A stretch of 64,000 nucleotides of DNA. It comes from Cladosporium halotolerans. Taxonomy: Eukaryota. The stretch is from the NCBI RefSeq assembly GCF_011745625.1, contig NW_027191458.1, forward strand, positions 372,001-436,000. The letters are read 5' to 3'. Position 1 is the stretch's first letter. Every line of letters starts with the position of its first letter. The notes under the pieces were generated by a model, which saw only the letters and a list, made by a program, of their open reading frames with translations, was not told the origin of the DNA and searched no databases. Positions 39,900-53,228 of the stretch are shown one piece after another. A program made the translations under genes and the position numbers.

Positions 39900-41762
39900 C
39901 TATACGTACGGCATACCACCCGGTTGCATCGGAGCCGGCGGACCAACCATCTGCGCCGGACGGTGGAACATCTGCACCAGCCTCTTGCCAATCGATGGCT
40001 CCAGCTCTGTTCCATCCCTCGCTATTTTGACCTCCCTGTTCGCATTCCACGGGTTGCGCAAGCCTCGGGTTCGGTAGAACGGCAATCTCGCGGTGGAAAT
40101 CCATTCAATCTTGAAGGGCCGTCCCAGATCCTGACCACCGCTTCCCTCGTCCACTTCCTTATCCGGCGACGCGCTGCCCTCCTCATCCGACAACTCTGCC
40201 TCCCAGAAAATCGTGCCGCGCGCCGAATCGTCGATGATCCGGCCGCGGGGCGCGGTCGCAGTCGCAGGCGTAGGAATGGACTTGGGCCCGTCGCTCGTTG
40301 CTGGAGTTTCGCGGGGAGTCGGCGTGGTACCAATGGGGACTGACTCGCCCTTGATTGAGGAGCCCATTCGCGCGTAGCCGAAGTATTCTCCGGACTTGTT
40401 GGCCGAGAAGATCAAGTAAACATTATCCGCTTCGTTGTATGCCTGGTTCAGCGTCGCTTCGTTATGCGACTGCGTTGCCCAAATTCCATTCCGCACGCTC
40501 GCCTCGAGGTCCTGCAAGGTGAGACTTTTAACGATGAAAAATTTCTCGGGAACCTTGGTAGCTGTTGACTGCGAGGGTGTCGCCGTCTGAGCGTCTAAGC
40601 TTGGGGTGTTTCCGGAGCTGCCTCCTACAATGACAGGATCCTCGGAAGAGTCCTCGGCTTTGATTTCAGCGTTGCCGTCAGGTATGGTAGCAGTGCTGGG
40701 CCTCGATGTCTCTGCCGCCGCGGATGCGTTGCTGGTGCTTGTGGATCCTCTGCGTAAACGGCATACTAGTCGGACACCGTGGAATCTCGAATCGTGGAAT
40801 CGGTTCATTGCAGCGACGCAGGCAGCTTCAGTTCGGTAGTTGACAAAAGCGCAGTTGCTCTTCGAGATCAAAAAGAGACTCTGGATGTCCGTAGTTGCGT
40901 CTCGGGAAAAATGATCCTTCAGATCGGTGACGGTTGCGGCCGGAGGGAGATTGCCGACCCAGAGCGCATGTCCGGATTGTTTTGGTTTTCGCGGAGGGCC
41001 TCGAGGGAAAGACGGAATAGCCGCTGTTTCTGATTCGCGCCGGGGAAAATGGCCTTGAGATAACAGATCAGTCAATGCTTCACCAACCGGCTTGGGTGTC
41101 GACAAACTCATGTCCGCGTAACCGCCAGGCGCACCGTAGCCTACCGGAAGCTGCGGTTGCGGGAATCGCATATCCACGGGTGAGTAGGTGGGCTGAGCCA
41201 TGCCATACCCATAAGGATCCATTCGCGCAAATTGCGGGTTCGTTTGAAGTTGCGGCGCTTGAGGCCTGTTCGCCATCTGGTACTGCGCATTTTGTGCGGG
41301 ATAATAGTACTGTGGCTGCGGCTGGTGGTGTTGTTGTTGTTGCTGTTGGTGCTGGTGCTGGTGCTGGTGCTGCGGTGCGCCGGCGAATGCCCTCGAGTCT
41401 TGACGTGGCTGACCATACTGGTGAGTGTGCGGCATGTAGGGGAAAGAGCCAGGCCCCATCATTCCACTTGACATGGGAGCGTTGAACTGGCCGGAAGGAC
41501 GTCTTGCTTCCATGGGCGCCTGGGAGGAATTTGGGGGGAGAGCGTTTGCCATTGAGCGGAGGTCGAAGGGTCGAGGTCCGTCGCCATCTGTGCGAGGCTG
41601 AGCGACACCGTCTAACTGTGCATGGAATGGATATCTAGAACAGTCAGTGCGCGCACACGAGAATGAACAAGGTGAATCATACTGCTCTGTTTTGCTTTGC
41701 CCAGGAGACAAACTGCTCAGATCCGGGGGCGCATAGCCGGAAGCCGCAGATTGGTCGCCCAT
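39900..41762 (-). CDS. RRM + YTH (YT521-B-like) RNA-binding protein
   Basis: ATG 41762; probable introns 41635-41682 and 41054-41107. RRM (ALWVGNLPP, NCAFVNY); YTH (KFFIVKSL..GIWATQSHNE..VYLIFSANKSGEYFGYARM..FKIEW..LRNPWN.NREVKIARDGTELEP); Q/H-rich low-complexity N-terminus. Confidence 0.9.
   Translation of the reverse strand: MGDQSAASGYAPPDLSSLSPGQSKTEQYDSPCSFSCARTDCSRYPFHAQLDGVAQPRTDGDGPRPFDLRSMANALPPNSSQAPMEARRPSGQFNAPMSSGMMGPGSFPYMPHTHQYGQPRQDSRAFAGAPQHQHQHQHQQQQQQHHQPQPQYYYPAQNAQYQMANRPQAPQLQTNPQFARMDPYGYGMAQPTYSPVDMRFPQPQLPVGYGAPGGYADMSLSTPKPVGEALTDLLSQGHFPRRESETAAIPSFPRGPPRKPKQSGHALWVGNLPPAATVTDLKDHFSRDATTDIQSLFLISKSNCAFVNYRTEAACVAAMNRFHDSRFHGVRLVCRLRRGSTSTSNASAAAETSRPSTATIPDGNAEIKAEDSSEDPVIVGGSSGNTPSLDAQTATPSQSTATKVPEKFFIVKSLTLQDLEASVRNGIWATQSHNEATLNQAYNEADNVYLIFSANKSGEYFGYARMGSSIKGESVPIGTTPTPRETPATSDGPKSIPTPATATAPRGRIIDDSARGTIFWEAELSDEEGSASPDKEVDEGSGGQDLGRPFKIEWISTARLPFYRTRGLRNPWNANREVKIARDGTELEPSIGKRLVQMFHRPAQMVGPPAPMQPGGMPYV
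41320..41372 (-). repeat. Coding trinucleotide repeat (poly-Q/H) in the YTH gene
   Basis: (tgg/tgc/tgt)n on the + strand, encoding QHQHQHQHQQQQQQHHQ. Confidence 0.8.
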
Positions 41763-41939
41763 CGTGGGTTGTGCTGCGGTACTGCCAAAAATCCAAGAGC
41801 GCTTGAATGCAGAGCGCGGAAAACGGGACAAAAGGTTATGTATACGGCGAGGAGGAATGCGTGTTGGGGCGCAAGAAGCGTGATTGTAGAGTCTTGGGCG
41901 ATGCAGAGCGCGCCGACGCACTTGAAAGAGTAATCTGGA

Positions 41940-42140
41940 CTAATGTCGGAGAAGGAGAGCTGCCCGAATGCAAATGTCAGGATTACGACGTGTATTCGAG
42001 TGGATGCAAGCCGATTAGCGGGTCATTGTGAAGGCGCCAAGGAAGAGGTTCAAGGCAGGCACGGCAATGAGTACCTTTGACTTCATCGGCAGTAACGTAC
42101 CTTGGTGGGCGGGCACAAACTCAAGCAGCGCTGATGGCAT
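41940..42140 (-). other. Putative spliced uORF (19 aa) spanning a 5' UTR intron of the YTH gene
   Basis: Exons 42101-42140 and 41940-41959; intron 41960-42100 GTACGT..CCTGAC..CAG; product MPSALLEFVPAHQALLLRH*. Confidence 0.45.
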
Positions 42141-43778
42141 TCGCAGGGCAAATCAGAGCTCGCCCCGGGGTCTAGCACATCAACGGTGAATGAAAGGAGT
42201 GCCAGGTGGGAGATAACTCCGGGGCTGAGGCGTGGGCACGCGGATTTCCCTGAACGTTGATTCTAGATGCCGCGAGACCGAGTGTCTGACGGGAGCAGTG
42301 GCAGGGCGTAGCGTATGCGGGAGCAGGCGGGCGTACATGGGCAGACAGAAAAGGGCGGAAGTGAAAAGCGACACGTGCACAAGGAAGCAATCGTGGAGCA
42401 GGTTGCCCCGGATGCCAGTCTCCGGCGGTAGGCTGGCCGAAGCTTTCTACGTGTGGCGACTCGCAGCACGAAAAGATGAACCAGTGGCCTCTACGCGCGG
42501 ACCCTGCGGTGCCAACGTTAGCGGACAGTCGGGCCAGCCCTTCAGAAACCAGCATTTACAAATCGAAGCGTGTGCCGGAGCAGGATGAGAGATCGCTTCC
42601 CGTTTGAAGACTGTTTCTAGCGGATCAAGAGGGCCCAGAAATGAGCTTCGGAGTCTGCTCCTAGAGCACCGTCCGGCTGGCAACCTCAAGGCCTCGATCC
42701 AGCTCCCTGCTGTGATCTGTCTGTTGGTGGTGCCTTCGCCGCCCAGCTGCGCCACTGCTCAGCTGTCAATTATTGTCCGCTCCGCGGCTACGCGGTAAAG
42801 GCTCATCGGCTCGAGATACAGCGCTTTTGGAATAGCTCTGTGGGTCGGCGGCTCGAGCCTCTTGGGCCGTCACCGTGACGACAAGATTGAGTCTATCGCT
42901 CGAAGCATCGTCGGGCGACTGAGTGGAGGCTTGTCCAGAGCCCCATTGGTGGCAGCCGCCTGGATCGCGTGGCAGAGGTGCGGGTCGCCACCTGCGTCGT
43001 CGCATCGAGCGCCGTCGGGGACCGCAGGACGACACCATGCGCAGATAGTTCAGGCGATGAATCGCCTTTGAGCGTCTTGCGCGTCCAGCAACATGTTCAA
43101 TGCGTAGACCTCCATTTGTGGCAAGCGTGCGGACTGTTGGCGGCATGACGGGCGCGGAGCCCAAGCCTAATGTCAAACCCATCCGCGCGCTCGGAGGGTC
43201 CACCTGAAGTTGAGTCGTCGGAGGCATGTCCGAAGCCGACGAGCCAATGACTCGCGAGGCTGCGCGGCTCCCATGTGGAGATGGCGTAACGCCACACAAG
43301 CGGCCCCCGACAACTGCTCTAGCTGTTCCGGGTCGTTTCCACGAGGTCAAGTCGCCACTCACCCTGGCATCAGTTGGCAGTCGCGCCGATTCGGCTGAGG
43401 GCGCTCCTAGATCACGAGCGTTTTCCTTCTCGAGAAGGTAGAACCAAGATTAAGATCTATTAGATGAACATTGCAGCCACCCTTGCTGAGGAGACTGTGG
43501 GACTTCAAGCAATAGGCACATTCGCATCGGTTTCGAATAAGATACGGGGCTCTTCATTTATGTACAAGTTACACATATTCCTACGAGCGGCTCAAGTCAC
43601 GGAAACTTGTCCGATAATCGATATCAGTCAAATCCATAGCTCCCGGCTCGAAGGCTCGGCAATTTCGACCTCACCGTGAACCGTCGTGCCTTTGCTTTTC
43701 CTTGTCCTCGGCCAATATTCGAGACGAACCGCTCGCGGAGCCGAGGTGCTACATACCGAGAACCCCTCGGTACCGAGC

Positions 43779-46700
43779 TCAGTACGGGATTCCATTGGTC
43801 AGCAACTGGAAATAGTCATAGACTGCCGTGGAGTAGCTTCTCTCGCTCCAGTGAACCAGCTTGCGGACAAAATCCGCTGCCTCACGGTCCGACTTCTCCA
43901 GGACGAACCTATCTTTGAAGTTCTGGATAGTTTGCGGTTTGAAGCATGGGAGGCCGGAATCCAGCATGGTCAGAACGATGTGACTGAGTTGCTCCACGTG
44001 CTGCCGTGCCGCTAGGAAGACCTTGATGCAAAGCTCTTCGAACATACGGAAAGGAGCGGAATTGGAGCCGCCCATGACAGCGACCATTTCGGGCGTGAGC
44101 TTGAATGGTGCACGTTCAAACTTGACTCCACCAGGAGCGATGTCGAAGCAAAAGCCGAAATCAATGTGCAGAATGTGTCCTGCGTCGTCCACCATGATGT
44201 TGCCGTTGTGACGATCTTTGAACTGCAGCAGGTACGAGATGATAGAGTAAGCAGCCATAGACTTGATGAAGTTGCTGCGGGCCTCTTGGTAGCGTATCGA
44301 GTCCTCGTATCCGTACTTCGAAATGAAGTAGTCGTAGAGGCCGTTGACTGCCTCACGGCCAAGCATATCACGGGAGATCGAGTTAGGGAGCACGTCGATC
44401 ACACCGCAACCAGGCGCTGTGGCGGTGACGCGGTATGGGAAGACGAAGACGTCCAGGCCAGCGCTGTTGAAAATGCCCCGGAATGCTGCAATCATTTGCA
44501 ATGCCAGCACATCTTGTCTGCAGTCGTCTCCGACCTTGAAAATGGCGGATTGCCATACCTCATACGATTTGCGGGTCGTTTCGAGGGCATCCTGGGAGTC
44601 CGAATCGTTGACACCTGGCATTTCGTCTTCCTCCTTACGGATGCGGAAAGTAGCCATGTATGGCGCCTTCGCGTGACTCTGGAGCGGTTTGCCGGACTTC
44701 CTGTCGATGCCAATGACCACGCCGTCAGGGTTACTCGGAAGGTAGACTCCAGACTCCACTTGAATCTTCCGGAGTTCCTCCTCAATCTTCTGCTTCTTCT
44801 CCGGTTTCGGACTCTTGATGAAAGGCTTGAGGGTTCCCGAGATGCCAGTAACCCTTCCGAAAAAGTCAAACTCGCGCTCGTAGAAAGCCTTGTCCTCCTT
44901 CGAGAAGCTAGAGACCAATCCGGTGGTTACCTTGTCCAAAGTCGGCTTGACGGGGTCTGGCTCTTGCGAGTCTTCGTCTTTGAAGGAGTTTGCCTTCATG
45001 TTCCAGATGATCTGATGAGCAAACAGCTGCGAGAACATGCCTGTCTCGACGATGTACCTCTCGACGTACCCCAGAGCGTCGTAGCGGAGGGTCTGCACAA
45101 TCTGAGGAACATAGAAGAAGGTGATGTCAATGGAATGGCTCTCCAACGCACGGACAGCATACTGTATTATGGTCGGATGGTTGCCATAATCCGGCAAGAA
45201 ATAGGTGACAGCTGCCATTGGATTGACCGGTGCCCAGTAGAGCAGATACTTCAGCTGTGACTTGACATCTTTCGGCAGAGACTGACCCAGCAATTGGTAC
45301 AGTGCCTCCGGCTCTGTTATGGCTTTCTCCGGGTTCAGCAGTATAAGAGCCCTGATCTCGGTGGCTAGAATCGCCGATCGCGGGAATCGTGTCGTGAGAT
45401 GGATAGCGATACTCGGGTTTTCGAGCCACGCAGTTTTGACGAAAGGTAAGAACGTGGTTTCTTTGACGGGCTGATTCTGCAAGCCTGGGCCTGCGGTAGC
45501 GCGGGAGTCTGGAGTCAGAGGATGAATCCAAACGTTGAGGCGTTGTGATTCGTGAGCCAGCAGATGCTGCAACAGCTCTTGCTTGTTCTGAAGCGATGCT
45601 TGAGCTCCACTTGGCCGAGCACTGACACCAGCAATACGCTGCAGGGCGTATGTCACGTCAGACAGCAGTTTGACTTCAGCCTTCAATTGCAGCTTGTTAC
45701 TTCCATAAGACCACAACGGAGGGTTCGCGAACCAAGCAAGGCCGGCCGACAGAATGGAATCTTTTAGGCGCCACTGTGCTGCTGAGGTGAGGTTCGTGCT
45801 GAGCTTGAGGAAATCAAGCGCCAGTGAGACGATGTGAAAATGAACTTCTCGGGCCAGAGGGTGGCCTATCGCATTCTTCATAGCCGCTGCTGTGATTCGG
45901 ATGAGGCGCGCGTAAATGCGCTCCACGGAAGGAGCGGTCAATCGAGAGGAGTTGAAATGGCTCGAGAGGAACTGAGTCAGGCGGAGATGCGGCGCGATCA
46001 GATCGCTGACCATGTGACGATACTTCGCGATAGCCTCCCAATTGGTGGGCGCGAACTCTTCTTTGACGTAGAACGGGTCAACGTGCGTATTGCCTGCGCT
46101 GAAGAATCCCTTGCGCAGACGAACTGAAGATTCCCACCCAGCAGCGACCTCGGCAAGGATCCTCGCTTCGAGGCTCGGATTCTCTTTCGCGACACCCAAC
46201 CACAAAGAAATACCGAGTTTGATCGAATCTTTCGTGAAGAGCATGAACGGAATGTGTACAAGTCCACGGATCAATGGGGCGGTGTCGGTGGTGATCCGGC
46301 TGAGCATACCCGCCGCATTGCGTAAAGTCTCCCGCACCGCCGAAAACGGCACCGTCTCGTGATGCTTCAACCGCTGTTCAAGAAGTGCAAGCTCTCTCCG
46401 ATCATTTGTCATTTCGGCATCGAGACCAGCAGGCATTGGCCGCGATGTTCCATTGTGCTCTACCAAGGTCCAGTCATCCATGTCGATTAGCTTGCTATCA
46501 ACATGGCGATATTCTTGCCTTGTAGTATACTGCGCAATGAAGTCAGATGCGGTGTTAATGCCAACGTCTCGTTGCGGTTCGAGGGAAGTCAGCCTTTGAT
46601 CCGTGTTTGGAATTATAGTGCCCATCTCAACTGCAAACGACCTTCCGAGACCAACATGACCATATGCGCCATCATCAGCGTAATCTTCAAGGTAGGCCTG

Positions 46701-49625
46701 CAGTAGGCCCTTGGTATCCAACGGAGCGACATCAATTGCTTGAGTCACCCACACACGGCAGCGCTTGTGGAAGTTCGATAGAGTCGTCTGGCGGTAGTGG
46801 ACGTCGTCGGGAAGCTGCACTGATACGTTCCCTTTGTCGGACGTGTATTGAGATTTGAGATCATACTCGTCAGTCTCAGCGTCCAGGCAACTTCTCCACA
46901 TAAGTGTCAGCAACTCAAGGAGTGCAAACAGCGAAGTCTTCTGACATAAAGCCGAAGGTATGGCATTGACAATTCTGTCCGCAGCCGATACAGCAGCCTG
47001 CTGTACTTTGGAAATGCGATGGCAGCATCCCTCAAAGAATGCAGCGAGTTGCAAGGCGACCTGAGGCGCGGCAAAGTTCTGCTGCTTGCCAGAGATCGCA
47101 CGTTGCAGATAGATGTCGACAGCATTAAGCGCTATGGCAAGCATGCAATTGCCCATGTTTGTCGTTTTGACTTTGTTTTCCAGGAAGTAAGGCAGGACAG
47201 CAGTACAATCACCCGCACGCGCTCTCAAAGTTGAAACAAGCACAGCGGTATTGAGATAAACGCAGTCGGGGTAACTAAGAGCCTTGATATCGTTTTCGCG
47301 AGTCGGAATGGAAGCGACGAGGGCTGACTTCTGGTCGATAGTTGTCTGAGGATTAGATCCACGACGCAAGACCGTGTTGAGTTCGATGCCACTTTCTGGC
47401 ATATCCACGCGTTGCTCATCGACGAGCGGCAGGCTGAACTGAGCCAGGATTTCCAAGTCTGCAGCGTGCTCCTTCCCGCCGACGGAATGAATAGTAAACC
47501 CGTGAGCGACGATGTTGAACCACGCATCACGTCCAAGCTGACGGATTTCATCTTCGTTCTCGAAGACTGGTGTCACGTGCAAATCTCTAGAGACCAATGC
47601 GGCGAGTGGCCTAAAGAGTTGGGAGATCGTTCGAGCCTCCAATGCAGCATCCACTACACCGTCTCCAGCCGCATCGCCACTACCGACAATGAGACCTAGA
47701 AGTTGAGCGAGGAAAACCTCGTAATGCGGTGAGTCTTTCCGAATAGCAGAGGCTATGCGTACACGTGCTTCGGTGACAGCGTTAATCATCGTCGTATTGC
47801 CATTCACGTTTGCCTGAGAGGCGACGCGGGGGTAGAGCCTGAGCAGCATCTTCAGCTCGTTCAAGCTTCCAGTAGATCCTAATGAGGCGGTCTCGGTGAT
47901 GATCTTGGCATCAACGATTTGGTTCACGCGGCCAATCTTCTGTACCAGCATTGAAATCACGAGCGCCGTAATCTTCTCATCGCTGCGCGCATCAGCGACA
48001 GCGACAATGGCATGGACGATGGCTGCATATACAACTGCAGACTCTTCCTCATCGCTAAGCACCAGTGACAAGTTGCTGCCCAACGCATGGTGGTTGCCGT
48101 ATGAACTGTGGGCAATCATACTATTCGAACTCCCATCAAGGAAGGGCGAGAATCCGTTAGGATGTTCTGAAGAGCCTGCACTTAGCACGTTGCCTAGCGA
48201 GTAGAGCGTGCTGATCACGATGTCTTGCGAGAGAAGCTTCAGCACCTGGGCAAGACACAGGCCTGCGACCACAGATGTTTGAGGCGTCATCTTGCCTTGA
48301 ACGATGAGGCGTGGCAAAGCACGACTCAGGTTTGTGGCTATTGTAGGCGACGTTCTTGCTAGGACGGCCATGGATTTGAGTACTGTCTGTGCGGTCTGAT
48401 CGTCGCTCATCTGCACCGGGTCAGCGGTGATAGCATCCAACCACGCCATTAGGATATCGTCGTCGGCAATATCTCTGTCGAGGAGTGTGCAACAAAGGAA
48501 GCTACGCAGATTACTGGCTTTGACTTCCAGTGCCAGTCGCTGTTGCCAGGCCGAACTGACTTGGAGATAGTCAGCGTCAGCTTCGAGAAGATCCATCTCA
48601 GCGGCGATGAGGCCAGCAAATCCTTCAAGCATCGTATCACTGGCCACAAGACCCGAGCGATTGATCAGTGGAGACCGATGCAGCAAAGTATCGAGCACAC
48701 TGGCATCCGTGAGGCGTTCGTAGGGAGAGACAAGAACAAGGACGCTCTCTTCCACGAGAGCAGAGAACGCGCGTTGGAGAAGCATTGCTCCTAAGGGTCT
48801 TGATTGAAGGGCATACTGGCGAAGCCAGCGCTTCCACTCCCTCACAGATCTGTTACCAGAACGAATATTCCGAATCGCAGAAAGTGAGCCCTCCAATGAT
48901 ACCATGAACTTCTCTGATAGTATCTCACGGGCTTTTTGAACGATGTCCAGCCGCTGCTCTGGAGACCACGCTCGCACATGTGTTGCCGCAGCATCCAGTA
49001 GCCCGAGAAGAGATACAGCAAGTTGAATGGAACGGAGTGTTTGATCGAGATAGCGTTCGGCAGTTTCGTCCGGCTGCGACTGCAACCAAGCGGCACTCTC
49101 GGCGCTCTTGCTGAGCACCTGAATAGTCTCATCTAAGCACCCAAAGGCGCGTGAGGCCAATGAGGGGTGATTGGTTGCTAGAATGAGCACAGCAGACGTC
49201 AGTTCGAAAGCCAATGTCTCCCATGGCGGCAGGTGCATGGTCAACGAGGTCGATCTGATTGACTGTCGATGCGCCTCAGGCATGTACGGCGCCAGCTGGA
49301 GCAAAAGCTTTTCCGCATCTTCGACATTCTGGAGCAACGGAGCTGCTTTGCAAAGCGCAAGGAGCACATCCAGTTCGCGTGTGCTCATTGGTATCGCAAC
49401 TGCGCCTTCGCCATTACCAGCAAGCCCATGGCTGCCTGACTTTGCCTTCGGGGATCCAAGTCTGCACAGCTCTTGAAAGTCCTGCCTGCCACCTTGATCT
49501 CCTGCCGTTTGCGCCGAAAGACAAGCAAGCCTGTCCAAGGCGTTGCGCCGCGTCGCGCCGGCAGTGCTAGGGGATGCCTGTCAGCTGGCTCAGGACGTAC
49601 GCGTGTTATTCACCTACAATCTCAT
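43779..49625 (-). CDS. STT4: Phosphatidylinositol 4-kinase type III alpha
   Basis: complement(join(43779..49566,49618..49625)), about 1930 aa. PIK helical domain (LKYLLYWAPV..FFYVPQIVQTLRYD); kinase motifs PLQSHAKAPY, IFKVGDDCRQD, KDRHNGNIM, HIDFGF; ends TNGIPY. Confidence 0.95.
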
Positions 49626-50127
49626 GGCTTGTGTCTATCGATATCAAAAGCCGGTATTCGTGTCCAACGCCAACAGCAGTTTGGCGCGAGGACGCGGCGG
49701 TCTGAGGGTCTGAGATGTGAAGGCCGTGTTGCTTCCAGGAGAAGCTTGGTAGGTAGTGACGTCGCGTTTGAGATGCGACTATCAGGTAACCTGAACCCTA
49801 ACCCTAAATGCACTCGCTGCGGCCAAAGCCAGGTTACAGCTTTGAAGACAAGGCGCAGCTGGTTGCACCTCCGCAGGGTCTCCGTACCTTACTTGTAAAC
49901 GCAGCGCTACCGTCGCCGACGCCTGGTCCTTACGCAGCTCCTTCCACGCCCGAATACGACACTTCATTTCCCTTTGCCGATACATACGCAAATGCCCCCT
50001 TAGGCGCATTTACGCGACTACGCCCATACTCAGCAATCCAAGTCGCGCTCGTCCGCAGTTGCAATCACCTCTCGCTACCCCTAAACCTTGCACAGGCTCT
50101 CTAGCACGCACGGGACCAACAACAATC

Positions 50128-53062
50128 ATGTCGACCTTTGCCAGCTCGTTCTGGTCGACCGACTATGCAGCCGGGCTTGGAGTGCTATTTGGAAAGCTCC
50201 AGCAAGGCGTGCAGGAAAACTCCCAGCTTATCACCGTCGCGCGCATGCGCGCCGAAGCTGAGGATGCGTATGGAATGAAGCTGGGTGACATCGAAGCAGC
50301 CACGAACAGAATTACCGGCGGCTTCCAGAAGGACGATGGAGCAAGTGTCAAGAAGGTATGCAAGCAGGAAGCCTTTGACTGTGAATACTAGCTGAGCAGC
50401 ACAGGCATACGAGGGCGTGCGCACCGAGATGTCCGAAGCCTCGCGCAACCACCGCAAGATCGCATCCAACATACGGGAGTTGGTTGTCAATCCCTTCAGC
50501 AGGTGGTGCGATCAGCACGCTGCACGGGTCCAAAATAGTCAGGACGACTTGCACAACCGGGTGAAGGCTCACGACCGCCAAGCGGAGACCGTTAGGCAAT
50601 ACCGTAGCGCCTACTTCAATAAATGCAGGAGAGTCGAGGACCTTGACGAGGAGGAAAAGCTTGCTTTCCAGGATCCCAATTCTGCGGCAGCCACAGGATC
50701 TCCCAAACCCGGTCCTCAATCTGTGCCGAGCATCAAGGTGGAGGAAGAAGAGTCGGAGGAAGAGCCTGAACCCATCGATATTGGAGACGAGACATATCAG
50801 CCTGAGCAAGTCAAGAAGATTCTGACCCATATGCTGGACCACATCAAGCTCGGCGAGACCAAGGTCCCCATTCTCGGCACGTATCAAAATGTCTCGACTG
50901 GCGCCGACATTGTGGAATACATCCAGAGGCACATGGGCACGACATCGCTTCCTTACGCTGAGCGAATTGGTCAAGACCTGGTCAACAATGGCTTTCTGCG
51001 GCTGGTTGGCAACATGGGAAATACTTTTGCGAACAGCAGCAGGATGAATTACCAATGGCGTCCGAAGGTCTTTCAAATTACTGGCATCCCGGAGAAGAAA
51101 TCAAAGCCTCTCAGCCGAACATCGACCATGGCTAGTCAAGACTCCAGCCCGGACAGCCCTTCGATAGCTGCTATGGGCGACTACCTTGGCGGCTGGAACC
51201 CGCTCAACAACGCGCACCCTAACGAGACGCCAGCCGAAAAGCTCCGACGGGAAGCCCGTGAAGCCGACGAGCGGTACAAGGCTGCTGTCAGGAAACTGGA
51301 CGGTTTACGTTGCAATCTTGAAGAGGCTATCATTGACCATCTGAAGTTCATGGAGCGCTGTGAGCTCGATCGCCTGAAAGCCATTAAGGCTGTAATCCTG
51401 GACTTTAGCGGCGCGATCAGCAATGTGATCCCCAGTCTGCAGAGCACTGTTGATAATATGATGCTGTACCAAGAAACTGTGCAGCCTCTAGGAGACGTCC
51501 GTTATTTGCTGGAAAATTACCGGACAGGAAGCTACATTCCCAAAGTGACGATCTACGAAAACTATTATAACACGGTCGACGAGCAGACATTTGGTGTTGA
51601 CATTGAGGCTCGAGCACGGAGCGACAGGAAGCGCGTTCCGCTGCTTGTGACCACGATCCTGACATTTTTGGACAACCAATACCCGGAACTGGAAGGCGAT
51701 GAAGCTCGCCGCAGGATTTGGGTGATCGATGTGCCTCTGGGAGCAACTCATCATTTGCGCAGTCTACTCAACACCGGAAAGCCCGTGTCGCCTGCACTTC
51801 TCGAAAAGTACGAAGTGCCCATCATAGCTGCTGTGCTCAAACTCTATCTCCTGGAGCTCCCGGATTCTTTGGTCAGCAGCCATGTGTATGAGATCGTGAA
51901 GACGATTTACGCTTCTACTGCGCAGACTGCCAGCGACAGTGCACGAGTGCAGGTCATTCAGTCCACTCTTGGCCAGCTCAGGCTTGCGAATATCGCGACA
52001 CTCGATGCCATTGTGAGCCATTTTGCTCGCTTGATCGAGCTAACCAACGCCGACGAGGCCTACGTGACTCAATTGGCCAGTACTCTAGCTCCTTGTATCC
52101 TCAGACCGAAGCAGGAGACTGGTCTGAGCATGACCGAGAAGTACAACGTGAGACTGCTTCGCGACTTGCTTACACACAAAGATGAGATCTTTGGCGAGCT
52201 CAAGAGGCAATCCAGTCTGGCACATTCCAGCTCGGGCGCCACCCGACCCAATCGTGCCATCAGCACCGACGAGTCCAGCAGGCGCGAAAACATGATTGAG
52301 CGTCAGCGTGCTATCGCGGCTGCGCAGCAAGCACAAGGCCTTCAACGCAGTAACAGCAACAGGTCGCGACAACCGAGTCCAGGCCCTACAGGCCGCGTCC
52401 CTCTGCCTGAAGGACACGGACACCGCCGCGATCGTAGTAGAGGCCCCGAAACCAGGTTTCCAATCTCCACCGGCAACGTTACCAGCCCTACAGAGAAGCG
52501 CATAATGTCTCCAAACTCAGGATCGACAAGGCTGAGCCTTGAGGTTCCATTGAGTCCGCCGCAGACTCGCCAGGTTCAGCCAATGACTTTGCCCGCCTCG
52601 CCACCTTCCCAGAGCGGCGCCAATGTTTCAGACGAAGCGCCTGAGACGCCTCCGAAAACGAACGGGTCTCTGCACCAGCCTCCACCTGCCGAGCCGAGTA
52701 GCAACGAGACCGATAAGGTTCGTGAGCGCAGTGACACTGGCTCATCCCTCAGAAGCTCTACTCCATTAGGAATTTCTCATGCCGACGGAGACACCTCATC
52801 TCCTGCCACGACGGTGTCCGACGGCCCGTCCAACCGCGACAGCGTCCCTGCGAAGCGCGATAGTCTCACTCGCTCTGGCGCTGCCCGCGGCCAATTCACA
52901 AGAAAGGGCACCGGCAGCCTGCAACGCCAGAGTGTCATCTCGAAGCGCGACAGCATCGCCACCGAGAGCCTGGTTCAAAGCCCCGTGGAGGCGCAGAATG
53001 CAGAGCCTGAGCCAGTCTCCAAGGGCGTGCAGCTCGAAGACAAGCCCATGGATTTTGACTGA
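50128..53062 (+). CDS. RGD2: Rho GTPase-activating protein (F-BAR + DEP + RhoGAP), Rgd2/Rga8-like
   Basis: join(50128..50355,50405..53062). FASSFWSTDYAAGLGVLFGKLQQG (FCH), DEP (TGADIVEYI..AERIGQDLVNNGFLR), GAP (FGVDIE..VPLLV..AVLKLYLLELPDSLV). Confidence 0.88.
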
Positions 53063-53228
53063 GCCAGGCTTGCCTCGATCTGCTGCGAAAAGTTTTACCC
53101 GTGTCTCCTAGCTGGTCCTGGGAGGCATTCGTGCTGCGGTTAGCGAAATTGGCCCAGATTGCAGTGGTCTAGTCTTTTATGTAGCCTACGAGTATCTGTA
53201 TCATGCGAATATCAGAATATTTCATGCC

